A DNA stretch of 61,686 nucleotides, filler included, from Choristocarpus tenellus KU-1152 (taxonomy: Eukaryota > Protista > Phaeophyceae): the NCBI GenBank assembly GCA_964200185.2. It is 6 parts of 6 records of this genome, joined end to end, with 100 filler letters (N's around TTAATTAATTAA, not from the genome) between each part and the next. Parts side by side here need not be neighbours in the genome. Positions count along the whole stretch, not along the records: positions 1 to 17,473 come from CAXNAD020000671.1; positions 17,574 to 25,281 come from CAXNAD020005715.1; 4 more parts are not named here. One strand, 5' to 3'. Of the stretch, positions 10,970 to 24,417 are shown one piece after another (positions within the stretch are counted from its first letter, which is position 1; each line of letters starts with the position of its first letter). A program made the position numbers and the translations under genes. Below the pieces are notes generated by a model, which was not told the origin of the DNA, made no database searches, and worked only from the letters and a program-made list of their open reading frames with translations.

Positions 10970-13601
10970 ATGGCCATCAAGCTGGGGTATGTACTTGCCT
11001 GTGCACTGCTACTTCTCCCCGCCAGCGCATTTGGTCCCTCAGTGACTTCGAGATGGCGACAAGGTTATGTGGTCAAACCTAATAATGGATGTCGTCGCCA
11101 AACATTACAGTGAGTAATTTGATTATGGGATAGGGGTGTTGAAGCTTTTCCATGTCCACTGACCGGCCGGCTCAGAGAAGGAATTGAACTGTACTATCTG
11201 AAGACTTCCAACCTTAAATTTCAGTCTTCCTTCAATTGATCAGGTGTTTCTTCGGTGGCCCCAAGAAGGGTCCACCAGGGAACTATGATGCGATTGCGTC
11301 ACAGGCCATTGCCGCTGTACAGGCAGGACTCAAGGGCGGACTGCAAGCTATGGAGGTTGAGGTAGGTTATTTGAAAGAAGAAATACGTAAAACCTATTAA
11401 TTCTTCCAATGTCGGCCCTTTCCTGCAGTCAGGAACATGCGTGTCCTACATTATATTGTCCTTACACACCACTTCTTCCATTGTTGCAGTTTCCGCCTCT
11501 AGGTTCCCTGAACAAGATAAATGACGGATCTGCCAAAAGCCGACAGCTCGCTCAAGCGAACACAGTGGCCTTCACCAAGAAGGTGTGTGCGAATGAACAG
11601 AGTCCAGTACGATCTGTCACCCCAGCCCTATCATTGAACATGATTGCCTCTGCTTATTTCCCGTCCAAGCTCTGGGCTTGTACTGTTATTCCCACAAAGA
11701 CGTGATCGAGTTCCTCGCACCCAAATATCCACCCCCTGGCAATATGCAGCTGGTGGGTGGCATGGGATGGGGAAAGAAGGTATATGTGGTATGCTGCCAG
11801 CCTGGGGTAAGGGGAGATTTGGCGAAGACTGGTGGGGCGGACGTGAGGGACCTAGATGCCAGAAACTTACCTGACGCCAAAAAAGGAGATATCCAGGTCA
11901 TAGTCACACCGGTGAGGTGCTATGAAGGACTCGTGTGCACTCTAAAGCCAGATGCCAATTGGTCATACTCAATGTGAAGGTTTTGCATGATTTAGAACCC
12001 TCTGCAACCCCATTGCATGTGTCCTACCTCCTTGAAGTCTATTAGTTATTTTTTTCACTTGTACGTAATATCGAAAGGGTTAGGGTTAGAGTTCGAAATA
12101 TCGAAATAATTGGAGCAGTAGAGTTCCTAGGAGCTCAGACATACATTGTATGGTAATGATGCCTAGTGTCCAGATTGATGACCTAACCCAAAGTATAGAT
12201 TTTGACAGACCAGACATTTGTGGACTGCCAGTAAACACGCAAGATTTTTGTTATCTTGCTTTCCAATCTCATATCCCATCCTTTCTCCTATGCTCAGAAT
12301 TTTTTGCGTAAGAATCTCCGGTTTCAGGATGGGAACAGCGCATTGGTGTCTGAATCAGCAACCCAATCCAAGAAAATAACTCTGTATGTCTCCTGCAAAT
12401 CAGTTTGTTAATGGCCACATTAATCTTGGTGCCACCATTCTATTCTGCTACTGCGACATTAGTTTGGTGTTGCTGTGGCCCTTTACATCCTGACCTCTGG
12501 TTATGGCTGGTACAAAACGTGTATAGGACATGCGTTGTGACAGCCCTTTTTTTGTGTTACGTTCAACAACAAAACCAATGTTGTCTCCCCCTCCTCAATC
12601 CACAACAGGCTGACCAGACTCAATGGCGCCTGGCAAAACAGATGTCAGAGACTGCCCCAGTAGTGATTGTTAATGGGGTGTTCCTGAATGGGTTTGTACC
12701 TTTTGAACCTGTCTACTATTTCAAGCCCATCTCTGGGTGGGGATCGCTTGTAAGACAGTACCCTTCACCATTCACAGCCTACCTCGCTGACTCCAATAAA
12801 GTGGTGAGCACTTGCAGAAGATTGTATGCCGTTTGATGAGCTGACTGAGGCAAGAGAGGCTGGGAATGCAGAATTTGATGTTAGTGATTCATACACTCTG
12901 AGAATGTGTTACAGAATTTTCTTGGGAGATTGTGTTACCACTCTTCTTTCTCCCCCAAATTCTCCTGGATTGATGGCAGTTCAGTGGTATTTACTGTTGT
13001 GGTAGCCAGTGCCTGTCATTGTATGACCTTAAGTTCATTTTTGTCGAAGGGATTAAGAGGGTATCGCCCATCAACAAACTCCACTATCACTGATACAGTG
13101 CTTGAAATTTTGTACCAAACCTATGGCTGTATGTCGAGGTTTGTAAGGAAGACCTAAACTCATCATTTACTCTTCTCCCCTCCTCAGGATACCATGGAAG
13201 GGGTGTGCAGAAGCGCCATTTGTGTGCGATGTACATCTTCCCTTACACTTGAGCTCTTTGGGGCTAGAATTATGTTCTAAACTAACACAGCCAAGAGATG
13301 ACATCGTATCCATACAACTATGAGGTTAAAGCTCATACTGAGTGACTGCCATGAAGCACTCGTAGAACCTGCCCTCTTCTCGTCTGTAACGTGTACCCCA
13401 GTCCCAGTCAATCCTCAAATTGCACTAGAGATGCACCCCCTTTAATGCTCCCATGACTCTCATTTGTTGATTGTGTTCCATGGGCAGGTGCCATGTGATG
13501 CGGAACTTACTCAACAAGGGGATCTAAGGAGACCAAATCTTGCCAAGGTGTCAGCTGCACTGAGCAAGGCCTTCAATGAACGTGCTGCAGGGACAGGGTA
13601 G
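10970..13601 (+). CDS. Plastid-targeted DUF1995-like protein, 6 exons
   Basis: Exons 10970-11109, 11244-11361, 11490-11582, 11750-11911 (acceptor uncertain), 12609-12803, 13488-13601. Presequence LLLLPASA-FGPS is ASAFAP-type. AIAAVQAGL..AMEVEFPP, VVIVNG, FEPVYYFKP, GSLVRQYPSPF and RRP are motifs typical of DUF1995 proteins. Confidence 0.7.
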
Positions 13602-16380
13602 CTTGGTTGTTAGAGGTGGTGATGGATCTACTAATGGTGTACTAGAGTTTAGACTTGCATTAGATAATGCCTACAGGTCTTGGTTAGGAATATAGAGGGG
13701 TTTGTTGAAACAAAATGTTGCTAGTATATTTATTGTTGGCAACTGTATGTAGTACTGAGTATTACCACATAGTATATCTTTGTGGCTTATGCAGAAGGAA
13801 ATAGTTACGAAATTGTGTGTGTTGATGTAGTTGTGGGCTGCTCAGACTAAAGTACTGCGAAGAGTTTTTCTTACACACCTGAGCGACAAAGGCACCAACA
13901 GATGCCCACTCAAGAGGGGTCGTGACCCATGGCATAGATAAGAAAAATTGAGGATTGCCATTTTTTTCCCAAGCGAAATTGTTGCAAGTTGCAGTCATTG
14001 GCAGGCAACAGGATATTTTGTTGTAGATGAAAGCATATATGCTTTTGATCGGATGTGTGTGTCCTTGCCTTCGTGAAGGCACGGTCCCTGTACCTGACAA
14101 ATAACCATATTGTCTTGAAGGACTCAAATTGGAAGGAAAGCCATTAGATAGTTGACTCCTGGGCAGGCAGTAGAAAGTTCTTGCTGTTGACTGATTGTGA
14201 AGGAAATGAAAATATTTGGGTCTTTCTATTTTGAGTTCAGGGAGTCGACCACTTGTCTGAAGGCAAATGCTCAGTATCATGCGCATTAGACCTATGAGGG
14301 TATTTAGGTGGGTACTAAAGACTCCCTCGTGCTTGTTTGCTTGCGCCTCTACTGTAAAGGGATAGAATTGAATATCCTCTATTAATAGGTAAACCAACAA
14401 AATGATGACTTCCTCTCTAGCGTGGGCTAAGGAAGGGAAGGTGCTGTTGCTGGGAAACGAGGCTTCAGCAAGTGCTGTGGGTGGATGTGTGCGTGTAAGC
14501 ATGGTTAATAAACCACCACCAGCAGTTTCTTACTTTGATTATGAGAATAGGCTTTGCATTGGCATAGTACCAATTCACAACTGTTTTGACTGTAGATTAT
14601 TGAGCCAACTCAAATTGCCATTGTACGGACAATCGCATGTCCACCAGTGCCTTGTTCTTTCCATCACCTTTCAGATTAATTTGCATTGATTCAATCCAAA
14701 GTATTCGGGAGGTTAGGCATATAAAGTAAAGGATAGCTCAACTTTGTTTCTTCTTTATATGCCCTATTTTTAGAGATGGAATCAACATTGGTCAGGGCAA
14801 CAATGGAGGACACACTGCTATGATATCGATTATGATATGAACCTACGCTAAGAGTTGTGTTGTTGTACTGCTGCGTAGTACGCATTTGAATGTGGACTTA
14901 TGTTGTGAAATGTCACATGTATACTATGTGCGTGTTGGCACATTATCGTTTTAAGAATTAAATGTTCGATGTTCTTTGTACATGAAAATATCGAAAGATT
15001 AGATTAGTTTGATTCTGATTCCAGAGCCTAAGGTGGTACCCAGTAGCTTACACCTCTGAAGCAATCTTGCTTTTTTTCGCTTTATTTCCAAAGGAGGTAT
15101 ACACATCTCTTTATCAAATGAAAGCATATGAAGAGTTTTTGAAGGTTTGTATGCACGAATGTACAAACTTTGGTGAATGGTAGCTATTATGCCTCGATCA
15201 AATAATGGTCAAAATTTGGAGGAGCACCTCTGGCGCAATTTAGATGACCACAACTTCAAAAGGTATTCAATGAAGTGGTTGGCTGAATTCCCTGTAAAAA
15301 ACTGATGCGGGTTAGATCGCTGTCCAAATACGACACATGTGGCGATACCGAAAAAAAAAGAGCAAGATTTGCGGGCATCTTTTTAGCGTAGCAGCATGAT
15401 CAAATCGCGAAATGGACCACGTGGCCGCGACCCTGACGCTGAGAGAAGATGCATTGAAAGCATTACCACACAACCTTGGTTGGATCTTCAACCACCTGGG
15501 AGCACTGCTCTGCAGTATCTGCTGCCTCGGGAAAGCAGGAAGAGAGTGGCGAGTCCATCACTGTGCAATATAGACTGGTAGTCTGTATGGTTTCTAGTGT
15601 AAAAGTAACTGACGTAGTTTAACTTGAACTCATAAGTGACCGAAACCAATGAAACCTATCCACATGTCAGAAAAAACCCTAAAAAAGTAACAGTTGTCGT
15701 AAACGTGAAAGACATTCATCTATATACTATTTTACTACCATCTATGCTGCACTACTGCCTTTCTGGGCCTCCAACCTAGCTTAGTCCCGCACCCCAGGGT
15801 GAGGAGGTAGGGAAGCATCCCAAGAATCTAACAAGCCCCTCCTTGCCCATCTCCCTAGTGTCTCCAACTTAAAACGTATGCACGTCTAGATAGGCTACTT
15901 GTGCTGTGACAGAGACCATTTGGTGTAGACCGGATTTGGCAGCCCCTTTTCTGTTGTACCTCCTGTTCCTCTCCCCCCAAATGTGTGCATAGCTAGGTCA
16001 TCCAGAGAAGTCTTCGCTTGCTTATCGAGGTGCCCAAACCTTCTGTGCAAAATAGGGCAATAGTGAGGTGTACCTTATTTTATGTATGTGAGATTATTGC
16101 GTTGAATTGAGTCCATGTGATGTAATCGATGAAATAGTACATCTGGATTATGTATGGAGTTTGGTATTGCAAGTAGAATTCTCTGACATAACCATTAACT
16201 TACATATGAGATACAAATAATAATAAAGAAACAAGCAATGGGCACCCCATAAAGGTCACTCTTCTAATTCCATCCATCCATTCTTTCCACGTTCAGCAAA
16301 GGGGATCATGTGAGGCTTCACACCTTCTTGTCTTCACTACTGATAAATAGCATTACCTCCCAAGGCAAATTGCACAGGTT

Positions 16381-17440
16381 ATGAGCCTTAGTAGTATGGA
16401 GACTGACCTGAAGAAACTTGCTGTCTGGACGGGGGCCACAGGAAGGTCATTGGAGACCTGGTCCACTTGGAGACTGCCATTGATAAACCAAACTGGTGGA
16501 AAGTGTTTTTATGAGATTACGACAAGGGACTACGGATTCCTGAAACACCCATCACCATCTTGGGGGAGGCAGTGCGAACGGCACATGCCATGCATATCAA
16601 GAACAACAAGGCATTATGGTTCCTGCTATTCAAGCAACAAAGGGATCGGCATCGGCAATCGTTGCACGTTACGAAAATGGGGGTCAACCAGGCAGCAGAG
16701 GGGCCTGGTTGGAACTGCAAAGAGACTACGGAGGACGCGTGGAGGACGAGATCCCCGTGCAGGTCATCACTTTGGAGGCGAAACTCCAAGAACTACGGTG
16801 CATGGCGTCTCAGGACAGCTCCGATTTTTCCATTAAACTAGAGTGACTATTTGCAGAATTCGAGGAGGTCAAGGAGCTAAAATTGGAAAACATGAAGAGG
16901 CTATCTATACTGCTTGGGAACAAGGAAGCCATGCCACATGTGTTGCGCAATTAATAACGCGCCCGGACATCAGCTATGAGGTGCTCAAATTGGCAATAAT
17001 CTCGTCAACAACTTACCTTCACTCAGGGCAAGATGGGCATGATGGGGCATTGGCAATGCATGGCAATGTAAGGAACAGCCATGCTCGGAAAACCAGGGGA
17101 TCAGCTGGAAGCAGCCCCAAACCAAACCAATGTGCGTACTACTTGAAGATGGACCATCAATGGCAGAAGTGTTACTCATATTTGAATGGAAGTCACCTGC
17201 AACACGTCCGCCAGGGATGGCACCTGCGAGAACATTTCCGCCAGCTCCACCTGGTGGGAGCAACAACAGAGTCAACGGGGACCAAGCGCGCTCCTTCTCC
17301 ACTTTCAAGTTGACAGCAGACGAGGAGGTTAACAAAAGTGCAGTGTTGAACGCCTCCAGTGGAAGACAATCGAGATATTGCATGACTCTGGAGCAAACGT
17401 ACATCTTATGTTCGTAGATAGTGCTGCTGGTACACTATAG
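16381..17440 (+). mobile_element. Ty1/copia LTR-retrotransposon gag-protease relic
   Basis: Frameshifted gag-like segments (KNNKALWFLL; ASAIVARYE..RGAWLELQRDYGG; EAKLQELRC..DFSIKLE*LFAEFE), a degenerate zinc knuckle CAYYLKMDHQWQKC, then MFVDSAAGT (copia protease DSGA-like). Truncated by a MITE end and the contig end. Confidence 0.65.
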
Positions 17441-17449
17441 ACACCATCG

Positions 17450-17473
17450 GACCCAAAGTATCTGGGAGGGGGG
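17450..17473. mobile_element. MITE family B terminus at contig end
   Basis: GACCCAAAGTATCTGGGAGGGGGG followed by the gap. Confidence 0.75.
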
Positions 17474-17573
17474 NNNNNNNNNNNNNNNNNNNNNNNNNNN
17501 NNNNNNNNNNNNNNNNNTTAATTAATTAANNNNNNNNNNNNNNNNNNNNNNNNNNNNNNNNNNNNNNNNNNNN
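17474..17573. other. Artificial contig linker
   Basis: N44-TTAATTAATTAA-N44 (stops in all frames), identical at five places. Confidence 0.99.
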
Positions 17574-17576
17574 GGG

Positions 17577-17608
<32 letters not shown>

Positions 17609-17862
17609 AGGAGGAGGGTCGACTTCCAATGCAATTGTTCACAAGGTAAATGAAACAGAGGCATGTGCACACGTGTCTCAGAACTGTGACACAGTTTCTC
17701 TATGGCATGGAACCCCTACTGGTACCAACCAAATAGATAACTAGTAGGGGAGGTATACATAAGCAGGTGCAGGGGAGGAAATGTTTAGGTCAACTACTTT
17801 TGTTACTTTTGATGTTACTGGTAACAATGAACATTTTAACTTTACTGACAGATCAGGCTGCC

Positions 17863-18112
17863 GAGCCAAAGTATCTTGGAGGGTAGAACCGCTTCCACTT
17901 TGGGGCCAAAATCCAATGTTGCAATTTCATTGTCATTTTGACTATTGTGTTTGTTAGGAAGTGTCAATATCCTTGTTACACACCTACGTAACGTATACAT
18001 TTTACCTACTACAAAAAATTTTGGAGTAGGAAAATATCATAAAACTCCTAAGGGAAGTCAAGCCCCAAATGGACAAACAGGGCAAAACGTACCCTCTAAG
18101 ATAATTTCAATC
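17863..18112 (+). mobile_element. MITE family A, copy 2
   Basis: GAGCCAAAGTATCTTGGAGGGTA...TACCCTCTAAGATAATTTCAATC, internally colinear with 1440-1697. Confidence 0.9.
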
Positions 18113-18762
18113 TACTTGCTCAGTTTTAGGTTAAATCCCATTGAACAGTCACCGTATGAATAAATGGTGACTCATGTGCTTGGCCAGACTTATATACCCT
18201 TCCATCACAAATTGTTGTGTTTTTCTCAAATGTAAGCATCAAGTATGTCTTGGTGATGGCTATTTTGGGATGATTAATCATTGCAATGTTTCTGTAGGGT
18301 GAGGAAAATGTTGGGAATTGATTTTTAAACCCGAGCAAGCTTGAAACGTTCCATGACACATGTTGCATGGGTAAGAGGTGTCAGTCCGTTAAAGCCTATC
18401 AATCATTTCTGTGAAACTTTGGGGTCTTGCAGGGAGAAAACAGGGCATATCCCAGTGGAAGTGAATCCTGTATGGAAGGTTCAATTAACGTCCAGTGAAT
18501 GTGTCATCTTTCTTCTCCCTCTTGCATTTTTCAACTGAGGAGTTGTAGGTGTATGTCTGGATTGATGTGTACTTCATAGCTCAGAGTGGTACATACATGT
18601 TTGGTGGTGAAAGGAGTGATACATCTTAGAGGGGGGCATCGTTGAGTTTTCTGTTCGTCTGTATGATATATGTGCACGGGTCATGACCTTGGAGATTTTG
18701 AGTGATTTGTAGATGATCCAATCACATATGGTTGACTCCCTATGCTATTGCATTTTTGGTAG

Positions 18763-21700
18763 GTCCGCTTCAGGGATGCGAACAAGGTTGCAGTTTAGTT
18801 GTTGATTTGGGAATGAATGTGGAAGAAATTGATGGTGTTATGATGAACTCAGCTTATACCATCAGCAGTATATCATTTTCGATCATACCAGCCAGTCAAC
18901 CCCTTAACATCTCGTCTATGTTAACCTCTGATATTTTGTCAAAATCGGTGACCCAATGCGATCTTGGATTATGTTTTCATCTGTGGCGGCTTTTCCACAG
19001 GACAGTAGCTGTTGTATAAAGAGCTGCAATAGCCCATCATGATATATTTGATCAAAAAATGAACGCAATGAATCGGTCCCCTTCTTCCCCGTTTGTTGAC
19101 ATTGGAGTTTGGGTAAAGGTTAGGTTCTAGCCATCAAAAAGAGAAAAATATGCAGGCTTAAAGTAGCTGGAGGGGGGGGAGGGGGAGTTACACCAGGGTG
19201 TCCATCCGATGCATGGAACCAAATCACCAGAGAATCGCGACATGGAAATATGGGGCCCGATTGAACAGTCGCCACCACCCCCAGATACTTTGAGCCACCT
19301 GTGTGTGTGCATTGGGACACTCTGCTTTCTTGCATTAGAAATTGATATAGTTCATTATCGTTGGTGGTATTTGAACAAAATACCGAAATTTCCACTTACT
19401 TGTAAGCATCCTTAAAATGCAACCCTGAGTACCTCTTGTATACTCTGACTCGGTATGAAGTAGTTGGGGGATTGACAGGGCATTGTGGTATTACAAGATC
19501 AATTGCCGACATTAAGACTTGAATGTTTAATTACCATTTGTTGGGGAGTTCATTCTTAGTTTTGTCTTACACTTGATTATACAGAAGTCCCATTTTCTTC
19601 CCTCCCACTCGACCAAGGATATATATATATATATATATAGGGTTAAATATATGCCAGTAGACATCAATGTACTTGAAAGTGAACTAGGTTTTCTAGAGGA
19701 TTCATGTCAAAATGCTATCGCTCATCCTCAGTTTCAAGTACTTTCTGAGGGTTTACACTTGGGGTTGGAAATCTATCTCCAGGAATTTTCTCTGTAGAAT
19801 TATTGTGCAGACATACGTCCCTAGTAATGTGAAGCAGACTTGTGGTCTACCCTTGGCTAGATATGCCTTGTGCCCTTCACAGGATGTGTACGGGATGTGT
19901 CTGGTGTATTGATTCAAAATGTTTGTGAGTATGAACTAAATTTAATTCAATTTGGACATTGGATGTGATTCAGTTAGAATCGAATATGATTCAGTTAGAA
20001 TCGAAGTCAGTTCATGAACCAAGGTGCTTGAAGTGGTAAGGGTCTTGGGGTGTCCCTAATAACTTCCAGCTGAGCGAACACCATGTATAGACATGAGGAC
20101 TAGCCCCTCAATTTCCAATGTAAATTTTGTGCAATCTAATTGGACAGAATGAAGATTGTATTCACTAGGTATGTTGTATGCTGATGATGACACAGGATAA
20201 GCCTCATACCCTCCATGGGAGATGTATTGTGAGGGTGGAAGCTATGCATATTGTTGTATTTGTGTGTGTACCAGACACAGTCAGTTCACCCTTACCCTCC
20301 AAGATAAATAATCTCTTCGAGGCACTGCTTAATCTTCCCTGACTATTTTGTGCCCTCCACCTCTCTGTCTCGTATGTTATGAGACATGAGTGCTATTGAA
20401 AGCCTCTGCCTTAATTCCATTGAACTGAAGTCAAGTATAATGGACGACAGAAATGAAGCAGTGTATCAAGAGTTGAGGTGTTTGACATTTAAGGTCAGAA
20501 ACATGGGCATAATGAACAAATGTGCTGACTGGAAGAGCATGACCAGTGGGACAATATTGTGGCACGTATAGAATGTTTAATGGTATGAGGTGTCCATACC
20601 TATTGTCATCATAGTTAGCGTATAAAGCAACCTATCCCTCTTACCTTAGTGTCATTGCTCCCATATGACAGAGGAAGTCCACCCATAGTACTATGTAATT
20701 GTTGTGTTAATGTCAGGTTCATTGCCTGAGGAGCGCTAGGCGTTTTTAGAACACGGAGAAGCATTTTGTGTCCGTGCCTTGACTTTCCTATCCCATTTGA
20801 AAGGTGGCACCCCCATCGCGTGGTGCCTTCCATATGCGGGAACTCCCTATTTTCTACTTTTGTTTTTTCTTGTCTGTAGGTAACTTGTGTACACTTTTGT
20901 GTGAATGATAAACACACCACCACCAAAACAACCTGTATGCCGCACAATGCATTGTTGGGATGTGCCTTTTTTGCCCTTGCAGCCTCAACTCCCCTGTTTC
21001 CAAAATACTTCCATGAAGTCAGTTGACTCTATTGTTGTAACTTCTTGTCGTTTACGAAATCTCTTAGGAAGACCCTTCTATGACTGCGGTGGCACAGGCG
21101 GCCCATGTCCGGCAAGCACTCTATGCAGGAGCTGGAAGGGAAGAGGGTGAGGAACTCTTTGCTGAGGGGGCAGGGATGGGGGCTGCAGAAGTGGCTGCTC
21201 AAGCCCGCTCTAGGCCTGGGTCTATTCCGCAGGCGCTGGTTGCACCCCAGCCCCTCCGAAACTACAAATGTAAAGTGAGTATTGATGTGGTAAGGTACCT
21301 ATTCATGGGTGTCACATGGAGACCTTTGACTTGCTCAAGTATAGTTTGATGACCATCCTAGTACTGGCCCTAACATGCTTTTTGGGGCCTACTACACAGT
21401 GGCTTTCACCAGAGGGAACAAACACTGTTACTTTTCAATGCGAAATATACCTGTTCCAAGTGTGTGTGTGATATCTGTAATTTAAGGTCAGTTTGTTTGT
21501 TCTGGGGACTAAGTCACTGGACGAATTGGTTCAATGTCATGTTGAGTGTGGTTTGTCACTATGTCCATGGTGGAAGATGATAGATTCTAACAGTGAATAG
21601 CTGGGTACACAAATATACCCCAAAAATCTTTAGGTTGACAATTTTGAGCCCAAAACGGGATATTTATGCCAACCCGACATTGAGGATTTCAGGAGATTGG

Positions 21701-22865
21701 TGCGATGTTGTGAGTTATTCCACCAATATACATACATACCAATGGTTTCTTTCACAGTCATACCATTCCACCGATTCTGAAGATTTATAGGAATGCTTGG
21801 TGCCCTGGTGGGTAGGTCGTAGAAACAATGTGTGAATTTCAGTACATGTGTTTGGTCTACTACAGCACCTTATGTCTTCTGTGTCCAAATCAAACTCAAG
21901 GCAGATTATCTGAAACTCTGGTGAACAACTCTGATGGTTTCTTGATGTTGACTGTAGTGATGGAAATTATTTGACTTGTAGTGGAGGGGGTGGGGGCTAT
22001 GACGTTTATGTAATTTTTGTGCTGCTGTTGTTGTGGAGGAGGGAAGAGGGTCATGTCTCTGTACCGTAGTATTTGGGATGCTGATAAACTATTTTTAGGA
22101 GATTTGAGCAAATAGTAGCTGTATGGCTGGAAGTTGTGACCTCTCCCATCAATGTACTTGGGGAGCAGTGTCCAGAGAGTGAAACTGTTCTCGGCACACC
22201 AAGTGCACACCATAGAAATGCTCTATTAAAGAAATGCAATTTCATCTATTGTAGTCTGTTTCGGGTGAAACGATAAACTAGTACCAACATGCTGGGCTTT
22301 CCTGTGCGGGGGTGAGCTTTCCAAAGGCTCAAAGTATCTGGGGGGGGGTTGACGGCTGTCCATTTGGGGCCCATTTTTCCATGTTGCGATTTCTTGGTGA
22401 TTTGGTTGCATGCGTCGGATGGATAGGGTAAGTGTTCTCCTCCTGATCAGGGTCCGAATGAACCCCCTGGTGTAGAATCCCCCCCTCCCTCAGATACTTT
22501 GAATCGAAACTTTTGTAGTAGGAGAGTTGTTTTTTAACTGCAAAAAGGTCAATTTCCTACGTTGTATCTGGTGTTCTGAGTTCCGACAATTCATTTGTAT
22601 CCATTTGTTTAGTAAAAAAATATTCAACATCATAATTGAAACCTTCTGATTGGTGAGATATTTTCTCGCGCGTATGTGAGAGGTGTGAGATATATCACTT
22701 TGAACATCCTCACGGAACACACCATTTCCTCACCACCACATCATAGCGCTTGGTGCTTCTCATGCCTTGCCTCTTGCCTGTGTGCACCCTTCAATGCAAT
22801 TGAGTACATTGAGTCATTTTGATTTTGTGGTGCAGGTGATAGATCTCTCTTTGGGTCGCATAGTT
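18763..22865 (+). CDS. Partial multi-exon gene, possibly DET1-like
   Basis: One strong exon 21068-21274 (ag..gtgagt; EDPSMTAVAQAA..PQPLRNYKCK) plus candidate phase-0 micro-exons 18763-18786 (VRFRDANK), 19883-19903 (DVYGMCL) and 22836-22865 (VIDLSLGRIV). The joined PLRNYKCKVIDLSLGRIV resembles DET1 PLEDYSLHIIDLHTGRLCD as recalled from memory. Confidence 0.35.
19155..19296 (-). mobile_element. MITE family B (G-tract TIR), internally shortened copy
   Basis: Ends GGCTTAAAGTAGCTGGAGGGG and CCCCCAGATACTTTGAGCC. The interior is homologous to 22326-22505. Confidence 0.8.
22326..22505 (+). mobile_element. MITE family B, complete copy
   Basis: GGCTCAAAGTATCTGGGGGGGG...CCCCTCCCTCAGATACTTTGAATC. The 5' interior (gtccatttggggccc..atgttgcgattt..tgatttgg) aligns with family A. 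Confidence 0.85.
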
Positions 22866-24338
22866 GTACATGTATTTCATGTGTTGATTGAAGCACCACC
22901 TTTTTCGTTCCACAAGTTGTACTTTGTCAAAATTTCGGCAGGTCATCAGATCCGTTGCTTTTATTTCGGGTTTCGTTTCTTCCCAATAGTTGGAGGGGTC
23001 TCAGAAAAGTGGTCAAAAGGAATGGTAAAGGAGGAGGAAAAATAAAGAAGAGAAGAGGAAGATTCAACAACTCCAGATGGGGTCTATGCCAAGCATTGTC
23101 CTGGTGACCCCTGCGCCTTTCTCAATGGTGCTATACGAATCTGACTGCCCGAGCAAAAGAATTGTTCTTGTTATTGTTTTCATCTGTTGCTTCTTTTTCT
23201 CAATTTTCCTTGTTCTCTTTTTTTTTTTTGACAGATCTAATTGGAACACAAGACTATGACAGCAAGGGATTAAGCAAACGCTGTGCTCATGTTTGATCTT
23301 ACATGACCAAGGTAGAGTCTGGTATTGCAGTGAGCAAGAGTCTCTAACTACTGTTGAGGGAGTGGATAGTGTCAAAGTGCATCTATAATTGGCCTGATTG
23401 GTGTGTGCACTGCTGGAAGCAAGGAGTGTTTATATATGGGAAGGAGAGACTGTCCAATGGCGAGATGGGTAATTCGTTGTATGACAGTAAATTTGTGTAA
23501 TGTTGCTTCTTTATTTATTACAATGGAGGCATTGGTGGTGACATCCAGCAAGTATATGGTGTGATAATGCAGTGAACTCAGTATGATGTGCAGTGGACAA
23601 GAGTGAAAGGATCGCTGGAAAGGGTGACAAGGAATGTTTGTTGACGCATACTTCATGTCGAGTAATACGAGTTGTGATGTATTCACAAGAAGTGAGACTG
23701 CCAAGGGATTACCGATGGGGCATGTAGGGTGAGATATTCTGGGAGAAGAACAGAGATTGTGGAGGTTCTTAAGGCAAAATCAGCCTCACGGTTTATCATG
23801 CATTGACCAAGTGTCTGTGTAGGAGGACATAGATGTGACACCACTTGTGTTGATATTCAGGGTGGAGATTGTAGCTGCCAGAAGACGGGTTGGTTTTAGT
23901 GATTCTTGATGAGAAAATAAAGATGGTGAGATGTTGTGACTGTGCTAAGATCAATAATAAGATTGGTGGGTACTAGTGGTAATATGCTTGGAGAATTTAG
24001 TCATAGTACTATTAATAAGATTGAGAGGGTGAAGGATGTGTACGGATGAATGAACCCTATTGGCTCAATGTGGTGGAAAGGCTATTCTATTGGTGAATGT
24101 TGCGTCGTTTTCAGTATACGACGTAACCTTCGTAAGACTCATCTGAGGGAGTGAGTCTCTGATGGTTCCAAGATCAAGAAAAGGTTGTACTGACTGGCAA
24201 TGGCTTATTCCACCTAGTGATGTTGCCACACCAACTAAACTATCACACAAGTTTTGCACTGGACGCTACATCTATCTTTTATTGTAGGGGCATGTTTTGA
24301 GTTGGTAGCATACAACCAGGGAAACGGGCATTAAACTG

Positions 24339-24417
24339 AAGTATCTTACAAACTCTCATCAAGCCCAGAATGGACAACTTGGGCTAAACACCCCCTTCAG
24401 GATGGATACTGTGGGTC
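24339..24417 (+). mobile_element. Internally deleted, degenerate MITE family A copy
   Basis: aagtatctta..tcaagcccagaatggacaa..gggctaaac..ccc..gatactgtgggtc matches the family A left end and 3' part. Confidence 0.5.
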
